A DNA stretch of 64,000 nucleotides from Carcharhinus amblyrhynchos (GCA_965287045.1 OZ336870.1:158286001-158350000), one strand, 5' to 3'; shown: positions 25,181-36,346, counted from the stretch's first letter. Notes: a model not told the origin generated them from the letters alone. Program-made: numbers and translations.

Positions 25181-25781
25181 ATTCTTCTGCTCCTGCTGGA
25201 CAGTTCAATTAGAAGGCCAAGGTGCTGGCAGCAAGGAGACTTTAGAATCACCCTCATCTAGTTACAGCTGGGGCCATGAAGTGTGCAATGCCTTTCCTGT
25301 AACAAAGATAGTGCAGCTCAGACCAGTTGCATCTGCTGAATGCAAGATGGGTACTTGCAGAGAAAGATTAGTACCTGTTCCCTCCACATGTATGAAAACT
25401 CCTTTCCTAACAACACTAAGGTTAAACCTTGTTTAGGACCAGATCAGAAACTCCAAGGTATATTATTTTACATTTGATTTTGGCATTTGGATGAGCCTAA
25501 AATGTTTCACTCCAGAGAGAATTTAATTGACCCACTAGGAAGCTTTTATCAAAAGAAGCTGTATTTAAGATCAAAGTTAGAATATAATAAAAATAATTAG
25601 CACGTTTTTCACCAATTAAGATACCTAAACATGACAAAGTATAATTCTTAACAGCTAGCTATCTCTATGGCTCCAATTTAGAAGTACCTCACCTCAACAT
25701 AAATTCTTTCTTTAGAACCAGTTAGCACAAAAAGCTAAATTTGCTGACAAGGTGTTAGATTTCCAGCCTTTTGGCACTTCT

Positions 25782-26408
25782 TGATTTGATTTGATTTGAT
25801 TTATTATTGTCACATGTATTAGTATCCAGTGAAAAGTATTGTTTCTTGCGCGCTATACAGTCAAAGCATACCGTTCATAGTGAAGAAAGGAGAGAGTGAA
25901 GAATGTATTGTTTCAGTCACAGCTAGGCTGTAGAGAAAGATCAACTTAATACGAGGTAAGTCCATTTTAAAAGTCTAATGGCAGCAGAGAAGAAGCTGGT
26001 CTTAAGTCAGTTGGTGCATGTCCTCAGACTTTTGTATCTTTTTTCCAATGGAAGAAGGTGGAAGACAGTATGTCCAGGTGTGTGAAGCCCTTGATTATGC
26101 TGGCTGTTTTTGTGAGGCAGCAGGAAGTGTAGGCAGAGTCAATGGTTGGAAGGCTGGTTTGGGTGATGGACTGGAATTTGTTCACAACCCTTTGTATTTT
26201 TTTGCAGTCTTGGACAAAGCAGGAGCTATACCAAACTGTGACACAACCAGAAAGAATGTTTTCTATGATGCATCTGCAAAAGTTGGTGAGAGTCATAGCA
26301 GACATGCTAAATTTCCTTAGCTTCCTGGGAAAGTAGAGGCGTTAGTGGGCTTTCTTAACTATGGAGGGACTGGGAAATGTTGTTGGTGATCTGGACACCT
26401 AGAAACTT
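25782..26408 (-). mobile_element. Rex1/Babar-like LINE 3' fragment
   Basis: ORF 26024-26305 (TLTNFCRCIIENILSGCVTVWY…KKIQRVV) is typical of the Rex1 C-terminal region; (TTTGA)n tail. Confidence 0.85.
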
Positions 26409-26605
26409 AGTAGATGTGGTTTATTTGGACTTTTGGAAGGCTTTTGGCGAAGTCCTACATAAAAGATTAGCGTGTAAAATTAAACCGCATAGGATTGTGG
26501 ATAATGTATCGAGATTTCTTTCAGACAGGAAATAAAGAGGAGGAATAAATGGGTCTTTTTCCAAATGGCAGGCCGTGATGAATCGGGTACCACAAGGATT
26601 TGGCC
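26409..26605 (+). mobile_element. CR1 RT internal fragment
   Basis: Translates VDVVYLDFWKAFGEVLHKRLACKIK… and later GVPQG-like sequence. Confidence 0.75.
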
Positions 26606-26756
26606 CTCTGAAAGGAGGTACCACCTCTGTTAGTTACTCTGTTAGTTTTCAAGTTACATGTTTTGTACAAACTTTGAAATGATGCCGTTTCATACGTTCA
26701 TTATCATTAACACATATCAACAAGAGGACACTTCCCTCCAGTTGGTAAAGCTGCGT

Positions 26757-27405
26757 AAAAGTAAATTACTGCAGATGCTGGAATCTGAAACCAGAAGGCA
26801 AAATGCTGGAAAATCTCAGCAGGTCAGGCAGCATCTGTAAGGAGAGAAAAGAGCTGATGTTTCGAGTCCAGATGACCCTTTGTCAAAGCTAAAAGGCACG
26901 GAAAGTGAGAAATATTTATACTGTGAGGTAAGGGAATAAAAAGTGAGTCATAGCCACAAAAACAAGGGGAAAGGCTGCTAATGGCAGCCCATAGGGAGAA
27001 TAGAAGGTGTGCAAGGCCAAATGGCAGAGAAGCTGAAATCAGAGGGTAAGTTGTGACAGGTGAAGACGTGGGGGAAGGGGGGTGGGAGAGAGGCAAAATG
27101 GAGAAAAAGGGGAAAAGGAAAGCAGAGGGGGAGAAAAGGTAAGAAAAGGGGGCATAAAATAGGGGGAAAGAGTGGAGTGAGAAAAATAAAGAAAGGCAAT
27201 TAAAAAAAAGGTAGAAAATAGTAAAAAATAAAATAGAATGAAAACAAAAGAGTCAAGGTGGGGTAGAGCTAATCATATGAAGTTATTGAATTCAGTGTTG
27301 AGACCGGACTGCTGTAACGTGCCTAGCCAAAAGATGAGATGCTATTCCTCTAGTTTGCATTGATCTTCATGGGGAACATTGCAGCAGGCCAAAGCAAGGC
27401 ATGTG
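26757..27405 (-). mobile_element. Penelope-like element family 2, 3' part (GIY-YIG C-terminus, pyrimidine-rich UTR, hammerhead-like motif)
   Basis: Minus strand 27270-27400 reads …GLLQC/…KLEE*HLIFWLGTLQQSGLNTEFNNF; hammerhead-like motif at 26851-26890. Confidence 0.8.
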
Positions 27406-27409
27406 ATTT

Positions 27410-27740
27410 ACTGCTATTCTCTGCTTTTTACCCCTTAGCCAACTTTGTATCCATGATGCCACAGTCCCATAGGCTTCACTTTTGCAAACAAATCTATTAT
27501 GTGATACTTTGTCAAAAGTAAATATACATGAAAGTTTAAATACACAATATCAACTGCACCATACCAATCTTCTCAGCTATTCAGTTAAATTTGTCAGACA
27601 CAACTTGCCTCAAACAAATCTGTGCTGGCTATTATTTATTAACCCATGTTTTTCAAATTAATTTTGTTCCAGATTATGGCTGCTAAGCGTTTCCTAACAT
27701 TGACCCAAGGCCGGGTGGCCTATCATTACTATTTTTATTC
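27410..27740 (-). mobile_element. Decayed CR1 RT fragment
   Basis: AGCCAACTTTGTATCCATG…ATGTGATACTTTGTCAAA resembles 20303-20390. Confidence 0.55.
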
Positions 27741-28092
27741 CTATCATATTTTTGGAGTAGGGTGCAAAATATGCAATTCTCGTTTAACCCTCAAGCCTTT
27801 CTTAAAAGCGCAAGCTAAGAAAATCAAAAGGGAATCAGTGTCAGTTTGTGCAATGTTGTAATATGCTTTCAAGGGATATCAATGTGACATCACTAGAAGG
27901 GAAATGTGTCATGTCATCCAGTCTTAGTTTTACTTTTACTTTGGGCACAGCACACACACACACACACACACCTCTGATGTTTTTAAACTTTGTCCTTTCT
28001 GGATCTGTCCTTATGTGCCTAATCTTCATAAATGACTCCATCATGGTGCCTTGTGCCTTGTACAGTAAATAAGGCCCTACTATTATAGTGAA

Positions 28093-28290
28093 TTGATTTA
28101 TTATTGTCACATGTATTGGGATACAGTGAATAGTATTGTTTCTTGTGAGCTATACAGATTGAGTGCATAGGGTACAGAAGGAAAGGGTAGGGTACAGGAT
28201 ATAGTGTTGCAGTTACCAATAGGGTGAGGAGAAAGATCAGCTTAATTTGTGATAGGACCAGTCAGAAGTCTGATGGCAGTAGGGAAGCAT
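28093..28290 (-). mobile_element. Rex1/Babar-like 3' end
   Basis: TTGATTTATTATTGTCACATGTATTGGGATACAGTGAA…. Confidence 0.75.
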
Positions 28291-28312
28291 TGGTAGTAAT
28301 AGTGACAGCAGT

Positions 28313-28394
28313 GGTAGTGTGACCTAGTGGCCTAAAACACTGGATTTAGGTCCAAGTCTCTGTGGAGGTGTGTGTTCAGATCCCACCACTGCCA
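28313..28394 (+). pseudogene. tRNA-Leu(UAG) pseudogene
   Basis: 82 nt, GGTAGTGTGACCTAGTGGCCTAAAACACTGGATTTAGGTCCAAGTCTCTGTGGAGGTGTGTGTTCAGATCCCACCACTGCCA; colinear with vertebrate tRNA-Leu; anticodon TAG at 28347-28349; many CpG transitions and broken stems. Confidence 0.8.
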
Positions 28395-28448
28395 AAGTTT
28401 CAGCTGGTGTGTCTGCTCAATGAGTGGTAATTTGTTAAGGAAGATGAA

Positions 28449-28757
28449 ATGGACTAGAGGGCACAGCCTCAAGATAAGGAGGAGGCAGTTTAGAACAGAG
28501 TTGAGGAGGAACTTCTTCACTCAAAGGGTAGTGAATCTCTGGAATTCATTGCCCGTTGAAGTGGTGGAGGCTACCTCGCTAAATATTTTTAAGACGCGGG
28601 TAGATAGGTTTTTGGTAGGCAAGGGAATTAAGGGTTATGGGGAGAAAGCAGGAAAGTGGAACTGAGCCACTTCAGATCAGCCATGATCTTATTGAATGGT
28701 GGGGCAGGCTCGAAGGGTTAGATGGCCTACTCCTGCTCCTATTTCTTATGTTCTTAT
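28449..28757 (+). mobile_element. Young CR1 3' fragment
   Basis: Closely similar to 53810-54119 (RGHSLKI…RNFFTQRVVNLWNSLP… plus tail). Confidence 0.92.
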
Positions 28758-28799
28758 GAAATTGTAGGGGAACTTTCTAGGGCCGAGTGTTTCCTTCAC

Positions 28800-29110
28800 A
28801 TCAGTACAGTGGTTAGCACTACTCTCTCACAGCACCAGAGACCTGGCTTCAATTCCAGCCTCAGGCGTCTGTCTTCATGGACTTTGCACATTCTCTTTGT
28901 GTCTGCGTGGCCCCCCTCTGGGAGCTCTGGTTTCCTCCCCCATTCCAAAGATGTGTAGGTTAGGCTGATTGGTCATGGTAAATTGCCCCTGAGTGTCAGG
29001 GAGGTTAGCAGGGTAAACGTGTGGGGTTACGGGAATGGGGCCTGGGTGGGATTGTTGTCAGTCCTGATGGGCTGAATGGCCTCCTTTTGCACTGTCGGGA
29101 TTCTATGATC
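28800..29110 (+). mobile_element. HE1/V-SINE with CR1-type tail
   Basis: Head, V domain and tail recognisable. Confidence 0.85.
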
Positions 29111-29350
29111 CTAGTTGCTATCGGACGCAGCAATGACAATGTTATTAATGATACCAAAACATCTGGGGATTTAAATCTTTTTGGGACGTTGATGATACTG
29201 AAAATGTCAATGTGGAAAATGTTTCTCTGAGCTATATGATTTATATGGTTTCTCTGTAACAAGAAACAATATCAGAGCCGTATCTTTCTGTCACTGCTAA
29301 TTCAGCAGCAGGCTAGTACAAATGATTCAACGAGAAACTGTGTGACATCA

Positions 29351-29462
29351 GAAGGGTAAATACATGGGATTCCAGGGAAGGGGCCTGGGTCGGATTGTGG
29401 TCGGTGCAGGCTCGATGGGCTAATTTTGGCCTCCTTTCACACTGTAGCGATTCTATGATTCT
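29351..29462 (+). mobile_element. HE1/V-SINE 3' piece
   Basis: AGGGTAAATACATGGG…GGCCTGGGTCGGATTGTGG…ATTCTATGATTCTA. Confidence 0.8.
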
Positions 29463-29464
29463 AA

Positions 29465-29820
29465 GAAGCAGTTCTTAAGTCAGCTGGTAGGTGTTTTCAG
29501 CCTTTTGTATCTTTTTCGCAATGGAAGAAGGTGAAATAGAATGTGTCTTGAGTGTGTGGAGTCTGTCATTATGTTGACTGCTTTTCCAAGGCAGCGAGAA
29601 GTATAGATAAAGCACTAGAGGCTGGTTTGTGTTGGATGGGGCTTCATTCACAACCCTTTGTGGTTTTTTGTGATCTTGGTTAGAAGCAGGAGTCATACCG
29701 AGCAATGGTGCATCTGGAAAGGGTTCTTTCTATGGTGCATGTGTATAAATGGGTAAGAATCATAGTGGACATGCCAAATTTACTTAGCTTTTTGAGAAAG
29801 TTGAGGCATTGATGGGCTTT
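29465..29820 (-). mobile_element. Rex1/Babar-like fragment
   Basis: Matches 25990-26355. Confidence 0.75.
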
Positions 29821-30709
29821 ATCGTTATTATAATAACACAGTAGGGAACGAGTGCAAAGGAGAAATGTTGAACCTGAACTTTATTTTTACAGCAGATGTT
29901 ATGACCGCAACATCGCGGTCCTCTCTATTAGCTATTCTGCAGGTGTGCATTAAGATAATGCTGGTACATTATTGGACCACTGGCGTCATTAGCATAATTG
30001 GCATTTTAATATGACAACATGGTAATTATTCACTACGAGAGTGTGCTGAGGTATTCTGAATGGAATTCTGAAAGATGTTTAACAGGCTGGCTCAGTGAAA
30101 TTTACTAATTTATCTCCATATCATTTTACAAGGGAACGAGTATTTCCACAACAGTGTAATTTATGATTTCCAATATTCCGATGTATGTACAGAACGACTT
30201 TTTGCAAGATGCATCACTTTGAATTGCAATAAATTAGAAATTACTGTATGACAGAGATGTATTTGCACACTGTTTCACCATAATGTTCAGGTTAATGTAT
30301 CTACTCGGAATTGTACATTTGCAGGTACAGTGCAGGTTTTCAAACTGCATAGTAGCTGACTGACATTTCTACAAGTTATGTACTCCTAAGTTTCTGTGTT
30401 ATCCAGCTTAACTGCATTGTACGAGTGTATTATCATGTTATGTTATTCTCATGCAACAAAAGGTTCACTGTGAGACGCTGATCTACTTACAGATTACTGT
30501 CCTTGCTATATAACAAATTGATTGATTTACAGGTGCAGTAAAATAACCTTTAAATATACTGTTATGTTAGTGTAAACCAACTATATCTACAATTATTTTA
30601 CGGTAAAGATCTCCTTGAATATTACCCCATGCTACTTAGATATGTTCAAAATATTTTACATTAACATAGTTTGTGGAATCACTGGCACCCCACAATATAT
30701 CAGGTAGTA

Positions 30710-31040
30710 TTGGGGAAGCAATCGTTTAAGTGGTATTATCCAGAAACTTTGCTAATATTCTGGGGACCTGGGTTCGAATTCAGCCAAGGCAGATGGCGGA
30801 ATATGAATTCAGTGAAAAAATATCTGGAATTAAGAATCACTGTGAAACCATTACCAATTGTGGGAAAAACTGATCTGGTACACTAATGTCCTTTAGCGAA
30901 GGAAAGCTGCCATCCTTACCAGGTCTTGCCCACATGACTCCCAGGCCACATGGCTCTAAACTGCCCTCCAAGGGCAATTAGGGATGGGCAATAAATGCTG
31001 GTCAGCCAGTGACACCTATGTCCCACGTATGAATTAAAAG
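30710..31040 (+). mobile_element. tRNA-derived SINE family 2, near complete
   Basis: B-box-like GGGTTCGAATTC, core ACTAATGTCCTTTAGCGAAGGAAAGCTGCCATCCTTACC, tail AGGGCAATTAGGGATGGGCAATAAATGCTGG shared with the LINE 3' ends. Confidence 0.8.
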
Positions 31041-31314
31041 AAATGTAAATACCTTGCTATTATGCTATAACGCATCAATACATCGGCAAATACAAGTTAT
31101 AAGTGCCAATTATGATCTCTTACACTCACATATTTGCAAATTTACTTAAACCATCACTTTTAGGAGTTAAATTGACACCTCAGCCTCCTGGCATATGCTG
31201 TATCCTGACCAATTAGTGAAAGCAGAGATCAAGTTGAAAGTCTGAGTAGAAAGTAAAGACTTGCTTAAGTCAGATGGGAGAAAAAAAACTGGACTTTCTA
31301 ATCTTCCTGGAACA

Positions 31315-31620
31315 AAAGGAAAGAACTTGAATTTATGGAATGACTTTTACATCTCCAAGGCACCTCTCAGCGCATCACAGCCAGTTAGATCATTTTGAAG
31401 TGTAGCCGATATTTTAATTTGAAGAAACGTGCACAGCGAGAACCAATGAACAGGTGAAGACCATCCCTTTGCTAGTGGTGTGGGTGTGAGTAAAACATTG
31501 ATGTTGCCGACTGAGCTCACAAGTTACTTGCTTCAAAAGTTGCCTCATATTAATGCAAGCAGACTTCAAGAATTTTATCAGACAAACTGTACTCACAGTC
31601 CGACTGATATCAGGACAGCA
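31315..31620 (-). mobile_element. Old DeuSINE-like (SacSINE1/AmnSINE1-like) remnant
   Basis: GAACTTGAATTTATGGAATGACTTTTAC…CACAGCCAGTTAGATCATTTTGAAGTGTAG…GTGCACAGC resembles the recalled reverse 3' region of DeuSINEs. Confidence 0.5.
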
Positions 31621-32449
31621 GGGAGCTGAACCAAACAAACTGTAATCAGAATGTACGGAAGGTTGTTCTTCTAATCCTACTTCTTGAAAGTCGAAACTGA
31701 TTAAACAACATGATTGTCGCCTTGCGGAAAGAAATTCATTTTCACGTTTGTGTTGGAAATCAGGCTTCAGAGTCCTGGAATAATAGATTTCCTATGGTTC
31801 CCCATATTTGCCAATTTGCTTCCACTTTGTGGCAGTGAGATGGGCCTGGTTACATGAAAACGATACGATTTCGTATGCTTGATTTTTTTTATTTTGGAGC
31901 ACTTAAATTCTCGAAAATCAAGTCAATCAAGTTCTCCTCTCTGCAATTATGCCCTTTGTAATTTGACTATCAGCTCCAACTTGCACGGGGCTTGGAATCG
32001 AATAGTGTGCTACTGTCTTTGAAGTGGACAAGCGTTGTCAACTCATGTTATACTCTCTGCAAAATACTGAGACAAAAGGGTTAATTGCCAATCTTGTCAC
32101 TTACCATTCCTATTTGCGCCATATACAAGAGCAGTTGTCTGCTGGTGCAGACACGATGGACTGATTTGCCTCCTTCTGCCCTGTGGTTCTGTAATTTTTT
32201 ATGAATCTATGGCTGGAACTTTACGGCCATGGGCATCAGACTGGCTGAGGGGGAGACCAACATGACAGGTTCACATCTAGGTAAATCTATTGTAAACAGC
32301 ACTGATGTGATATCACAGTCAGCACAGTATCAATATACAACAGGGGGGATCAATATTTGGTGAGGGGGCGGGTCAATGATATTAAAACCCATTCAAATTC
32401 ATGTACAACAAGTTCAGGCCCATTGTGGGAATGAATCTGATGATTCTTT

Positions 32450-33005
32450 TTGTTCATTCATGGGACATGGACATCGCTGGCTGATCAGCATTTATTGCCC
32501 ATCCCTAATTCCCCTTGAGAAGGTGTTGGTGAGCTGCCTTCTTGAATCGCTGCAGTTCACGTGCCGTGGGTTGACCTATAATGCCATTAAAGGAGGGAAT
32601 TCCAGGATTTTGACCAGCGACTGTGAAGGAATGACGATACATTGGTTTGGAGGGGAAATGCAGGTGGTGGTGTTCCCATGTATCTGCTGCCCTTGTCCTT
32701 TTAGATGGAAGTGGTCGTGGGTTTGGAAGGTGCTGTTTAGGGACCTTTGGTGAATTGATCAGTGGATCTTGCAGACAGTACACACTGCTGCTACTGAGCA
32801 TCGGTGGCGGAAAGACTGGATGTTTGTAGATGTGGTGCCAATCAAGTGGGCCGCTTTGTCCTGGGTGGTGTCAAGCTTCTTGAGTGTTGTTGGAGCTGCA
32901 CCCATTCAGGCAAGTGGGGAGTATTCCATCACCCTCCTGACTTGTGCCTTGTAGATGGTGGATAGGCTTTGGGGAGTTAAGAAGGTGAGTTACTCACCTA
33001 GCCTT
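32450..33005 (-). mobile_element. CR1/L2-superfamily LINE 3' fragment
   Basis: ORF 32505-32801 ends FKKAAHQHLLKGN; shared tail. Confidence 0.82.
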
Positions 33006-33029
33006 TGCTGGGTTCAAAATTGCCCCTGC

Positions 33030-33275
33030 TCCACAGATGCTGTCAGACCTGCCGACATTTTCCAGCATCTCCTGTTTCTGTTCAGATTACAGCATCCACA
33101 GTAATATACTTTTACCTTAAGGCTCTTTCTATCTTTAGTTCTGTAGAAGGGTCATATGGTTAACTTCTATCTCTCTCTATGTCTCTCCACAGATGCTGGT
33201 CAGATATGTAGAGTTTTCCCAGTGTTTTCTGTTCTTATTTCAGATTTCCAGTGTCCCGTAGTGTTTTGTTTATCT
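33030..33275 (+). mobile_element. Two tandem Penelope family-2 terminal pieces
   Basis: CTCCACAGATGCTG(T/G)…TTTTCC…CAG occurs twice; decayed TCTGTAGAAGGGTCAT between them. Confidence 0.6.
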
Positions 33276-33987
33276 CAGATAAGGCTGCGATGCTGGCCAC
33301 GGTTGAACAGCAACAACAAATGATATTGATACGGCACCTTAAGCATAATGTAACCTCAACAGCATGTTGGTATCTATTGTTCAGCTTACACACACACATA
33401 ATGGACATTGTAATTAATGACTGCCACCGACAGAATTGAGCACCCCCCTCCCCGAAAGAAAATGAGCCGACACACTCTGTGGCGAGGGGAAGCATTGCAT
33501 TCCATCTGTTAGCATTTCACGCACTTCCCGGGTAACGTCTGTTAAGACAAGAATCAGCCCAGGATTGAAACTTCTCCACACAGCAACATGCATGGTTGCT
33601 CTGATTAGGTGGCTTATGCACTCATGAGCAAATATAAAAAGCCCCCAACTTGGCGAGTAATTACAGCTGCACTTAGCAGCACCAGCTCTGCGAAAGATTT
33701 ATGGCTCCCAGTCTCTCCATCCAGCCAGTTTGGTGTCAGGTTAATTTCTTAGCTGTCATATTAGTCATTTTTGGTGAGCAGGCAGGCCCAAGTGTTCCAA
33801 GTCCACTCGGGTGAGGTAACCAGCAGAACTGTTAATCTTACGAATAGTCACAGTGATACATCAGACTGTCAGAAATAATTCGAAGCTTATTTGTCTCATT
33901 GAGAGGGTTAGGGTTTGATTTTGTGCAGAAGGGGTGACAGCAAGTCATGATTGACTTCAGTAAAACTAAAAATGGGACGCGATGCAA

Positions 33988-34280
33988 ACGGGCGGTGCGG
34001 CGGCACAGTGGTTAGCGCCGTTGCCTCACAGCACTAGGGGCCCAGGTTCGATTCCTGCCTTGGGTCACTGTCTGCTGGAGGACTGTATGCTCTTGCTGTG
34101 TCTGTGTGAGTTTTCTCCAGGTGCTCTGGTTTCCTCTCACAGTCCAAAAGATGTGCTGGTTGCTCATGTTGAATTCTCCCTTAATGTGCTTGAACAGGTG
34201 CCAGAGTATGGCAACTAGGGGGATTTTCACAGTAATTTCATTGCAGTGTTAATATAAGCCTACTTGCAACACTAATAAAT
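33988..34280 (+). mobile_element. V-SINE with tail B
   Basis: Head, V domain and tail B. Confidence 0.87.
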
Positions 34281-34379
34281 TAAGATTAAAGTCCAAATAT
34301 GCAGCTTTCTTGTTTCACTTTTGCTTCATCCACCAGTGTTGTTTTCCTATGAAATACACCTGTCACAAACCCATGTAGC

Positions 34380-34576
34380 CATGATGTGGAGGTGCTGGCA
34401 TTGGACTTGTGTAGGCATAGTAAGAAGCCTCACAATACCAGGTTAAAGTCCAACAGGTTTATTTGAAATCACGAGCTTTTGGCGTCCCCTGATGAAGGAG
34501 CAGTGCTCTGAAAGCTTGTGATTCCAAATAAACCTGTTGGACTTTAACCCTGCTGTTGTGATACTTTTTATTGTAT
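34380..34576. mobile_element. Palindromic Penelope family-1 mini-element with TSD
   Basis: Inverted arms (about 34416-34480 vs 34510-34575); TSD AAACCC[A/T]TGTAGC at 34367-34379 and 34577-34589. Confidence 0.85.
34486..34520 (+). ncRNA. Minimal type I hammerhead ribozyme motif (Penelope-type)
   Basis: CCC-CTGATGA-A-GGAGC-AGT-GCTCT-GAA-AGCT-T-GTG: core CUGAUGA, stem II, GAAA and a palindromic AGCU stem III. Confidence 0.7.
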
Positions 34577-36109
34577 AAACCCTTGTAGCTCGGGTTAAAT
34601 TATTTGTTTGCAGTTATATTTTTGTTGGACTGATCAATTTGCAAAGTGGGATCACCTGAAAATCCCTCTTAAAAAGTTCAGGAATTCTAAAGTGCAAGAA
34701 TAAAAAGTGGGATTTTAAGCTAAATCATTGCTTTGAGCTAAAAGGCCTACATTCAGGGCTGTGTGTTAAAAGTCTGATGTTTCATTGTTCAGTTTTGTTT
34801 TTTGCTCGATTTCTGGATTGGCGTGCACAGAGTATAAGAGAAAAACTGGCAAGGGAGAAAAGTGCATCAGATGCTACAGCAACTGCCCAGACATATAAAA
34901 GTCGGAGACAACAGCTACAACACCAGGAGCTGCAGCTGCTGTCCCACACAACCGCATTGTGGGGATGTCTGCAATATAAATTCAGCACTTAGTGAAAATC
35001 TGTTGTTGATTTTGCCAGCAAAATTAGTACCATTGCGAGCCCATGCCCAGGGCAATTTAGATTCTGTTGACTTCCAAAGCTTTTGTCTTTGTTTTCACAC
35101 CACCTGCTAATTAGACACAATTAGCAGTCTGTTTGGGAGAGTCAGCAGTTCCCGAGAATTAACAATGAACATCAAACCAGCCTTAATCTTTTCAAAGAGT
35201 TACTCTCCCCCCCCCCACCCCTCTCTTATTATATTCCCTCTATATATTTGGAGTCAGGTTCCCATGACATTGCACAGGGGGCCTCCAGTCAATGTAGAGG
35301 GCCAAAAATCCCTCTGGCTCAATCCTTTCACAGTTCTGGTTGGGACTGTGAGGGGAAGAGCCTGTTTCACGTCAAAGTAGGCCATGGTCTGACATCTGCT
35401 GTGCCCATTTGAAGTGGCTGCTCTGCTCACCCCCCAAGAAAAAGGCCCCTGATGACGGGGAGGGGGGGCCAGGTCAGGGGATGGCACTTGTAAAAAGCCG
35501 AGGACCGCGGAAAAAGAAGTGGAGACTCGGGGTGGATGAGGAGCTGCACCGTTTTCAGGTCCCTGGCAAAGAATGAGTTACCAGATGAGATGCTTCATTG
35601 AATCTTAATTTCACAGATTGGTGACAGGCAACAGCATGTAAGGAGGCGTATTTGTTGCTTAGAAGAAACAGAATTCATAGGAGCACCGACTGTAGTCGAG
35701 ATAATTAAATAGGTGAAGACTAAGGTGGATCTGAGAGTTAGAAAAAGAAAAAGATTGGAATTAAGAGACATATTGCTTCTCAGACTAAGCTTTGTTCTAC
35801 TCAAAAAATGAACGTTGTTCCCTTGGGCTAATATCTAAGGCTTAAACAAACTTAGAATGTCTAGAGAATAAGGTTGGATGGTCAGTGTGCTGTGATTGGG
35901 TCATTATTTCTAAGACTGTGGGCATGGGATTAGGTACTTCGATGGTAGATATTCTCAGATACCTGATTAACACTTCTTTAATATCACAACTTCTAAACTG
36001 GAGACACAGCACGCTCATAGTTCCCAGGCATGATTCCAATTTCCCTCTCCGAACTCTAGCATTTGACTGGCTGGTATGAGTGGTATATCATCACCTGTCA
36101 TATATTAGT

Positions 36110-36346
36110 AGTAAGAACTCTCACAACACCAGGTTAAAGTCCAACCAGTTTATTTGATAGTAATCCCACAAGCTTTCGGGGTTTGCCCCTTTGTTTGGTG
36201 AGTGGCGAGTTCTGGTCTCATCTGACAAAGGGGCAAACCCCGAAAGCTTGTGGGTTTACTACCAAATAAACCCGTTGGACTTTAACCTGGTGTTGTGAGA
36301 CTTCTTACTGTGTTTACCCCAGTCCAACGCCGGCATCTCCACATCA
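36110..36346. mobile_element. Palindromic Penelope family-1 mini-element with TSD
   Basis: ~90-bp inverted arms around a 14-nt spacer; TSD TCATATATTAG[T/C]AG at 36098-36111 and 36344-36357; hammerhead-like CTGACAA-AGGGGCAAACCCC-GAAAGCTTGTG at 36222-36252. Confidence 0.88.

Noticed and set aside
25380-25780. Possible LTR remnant
   Set aside because: No second copy, termini or TSD visible in the window.
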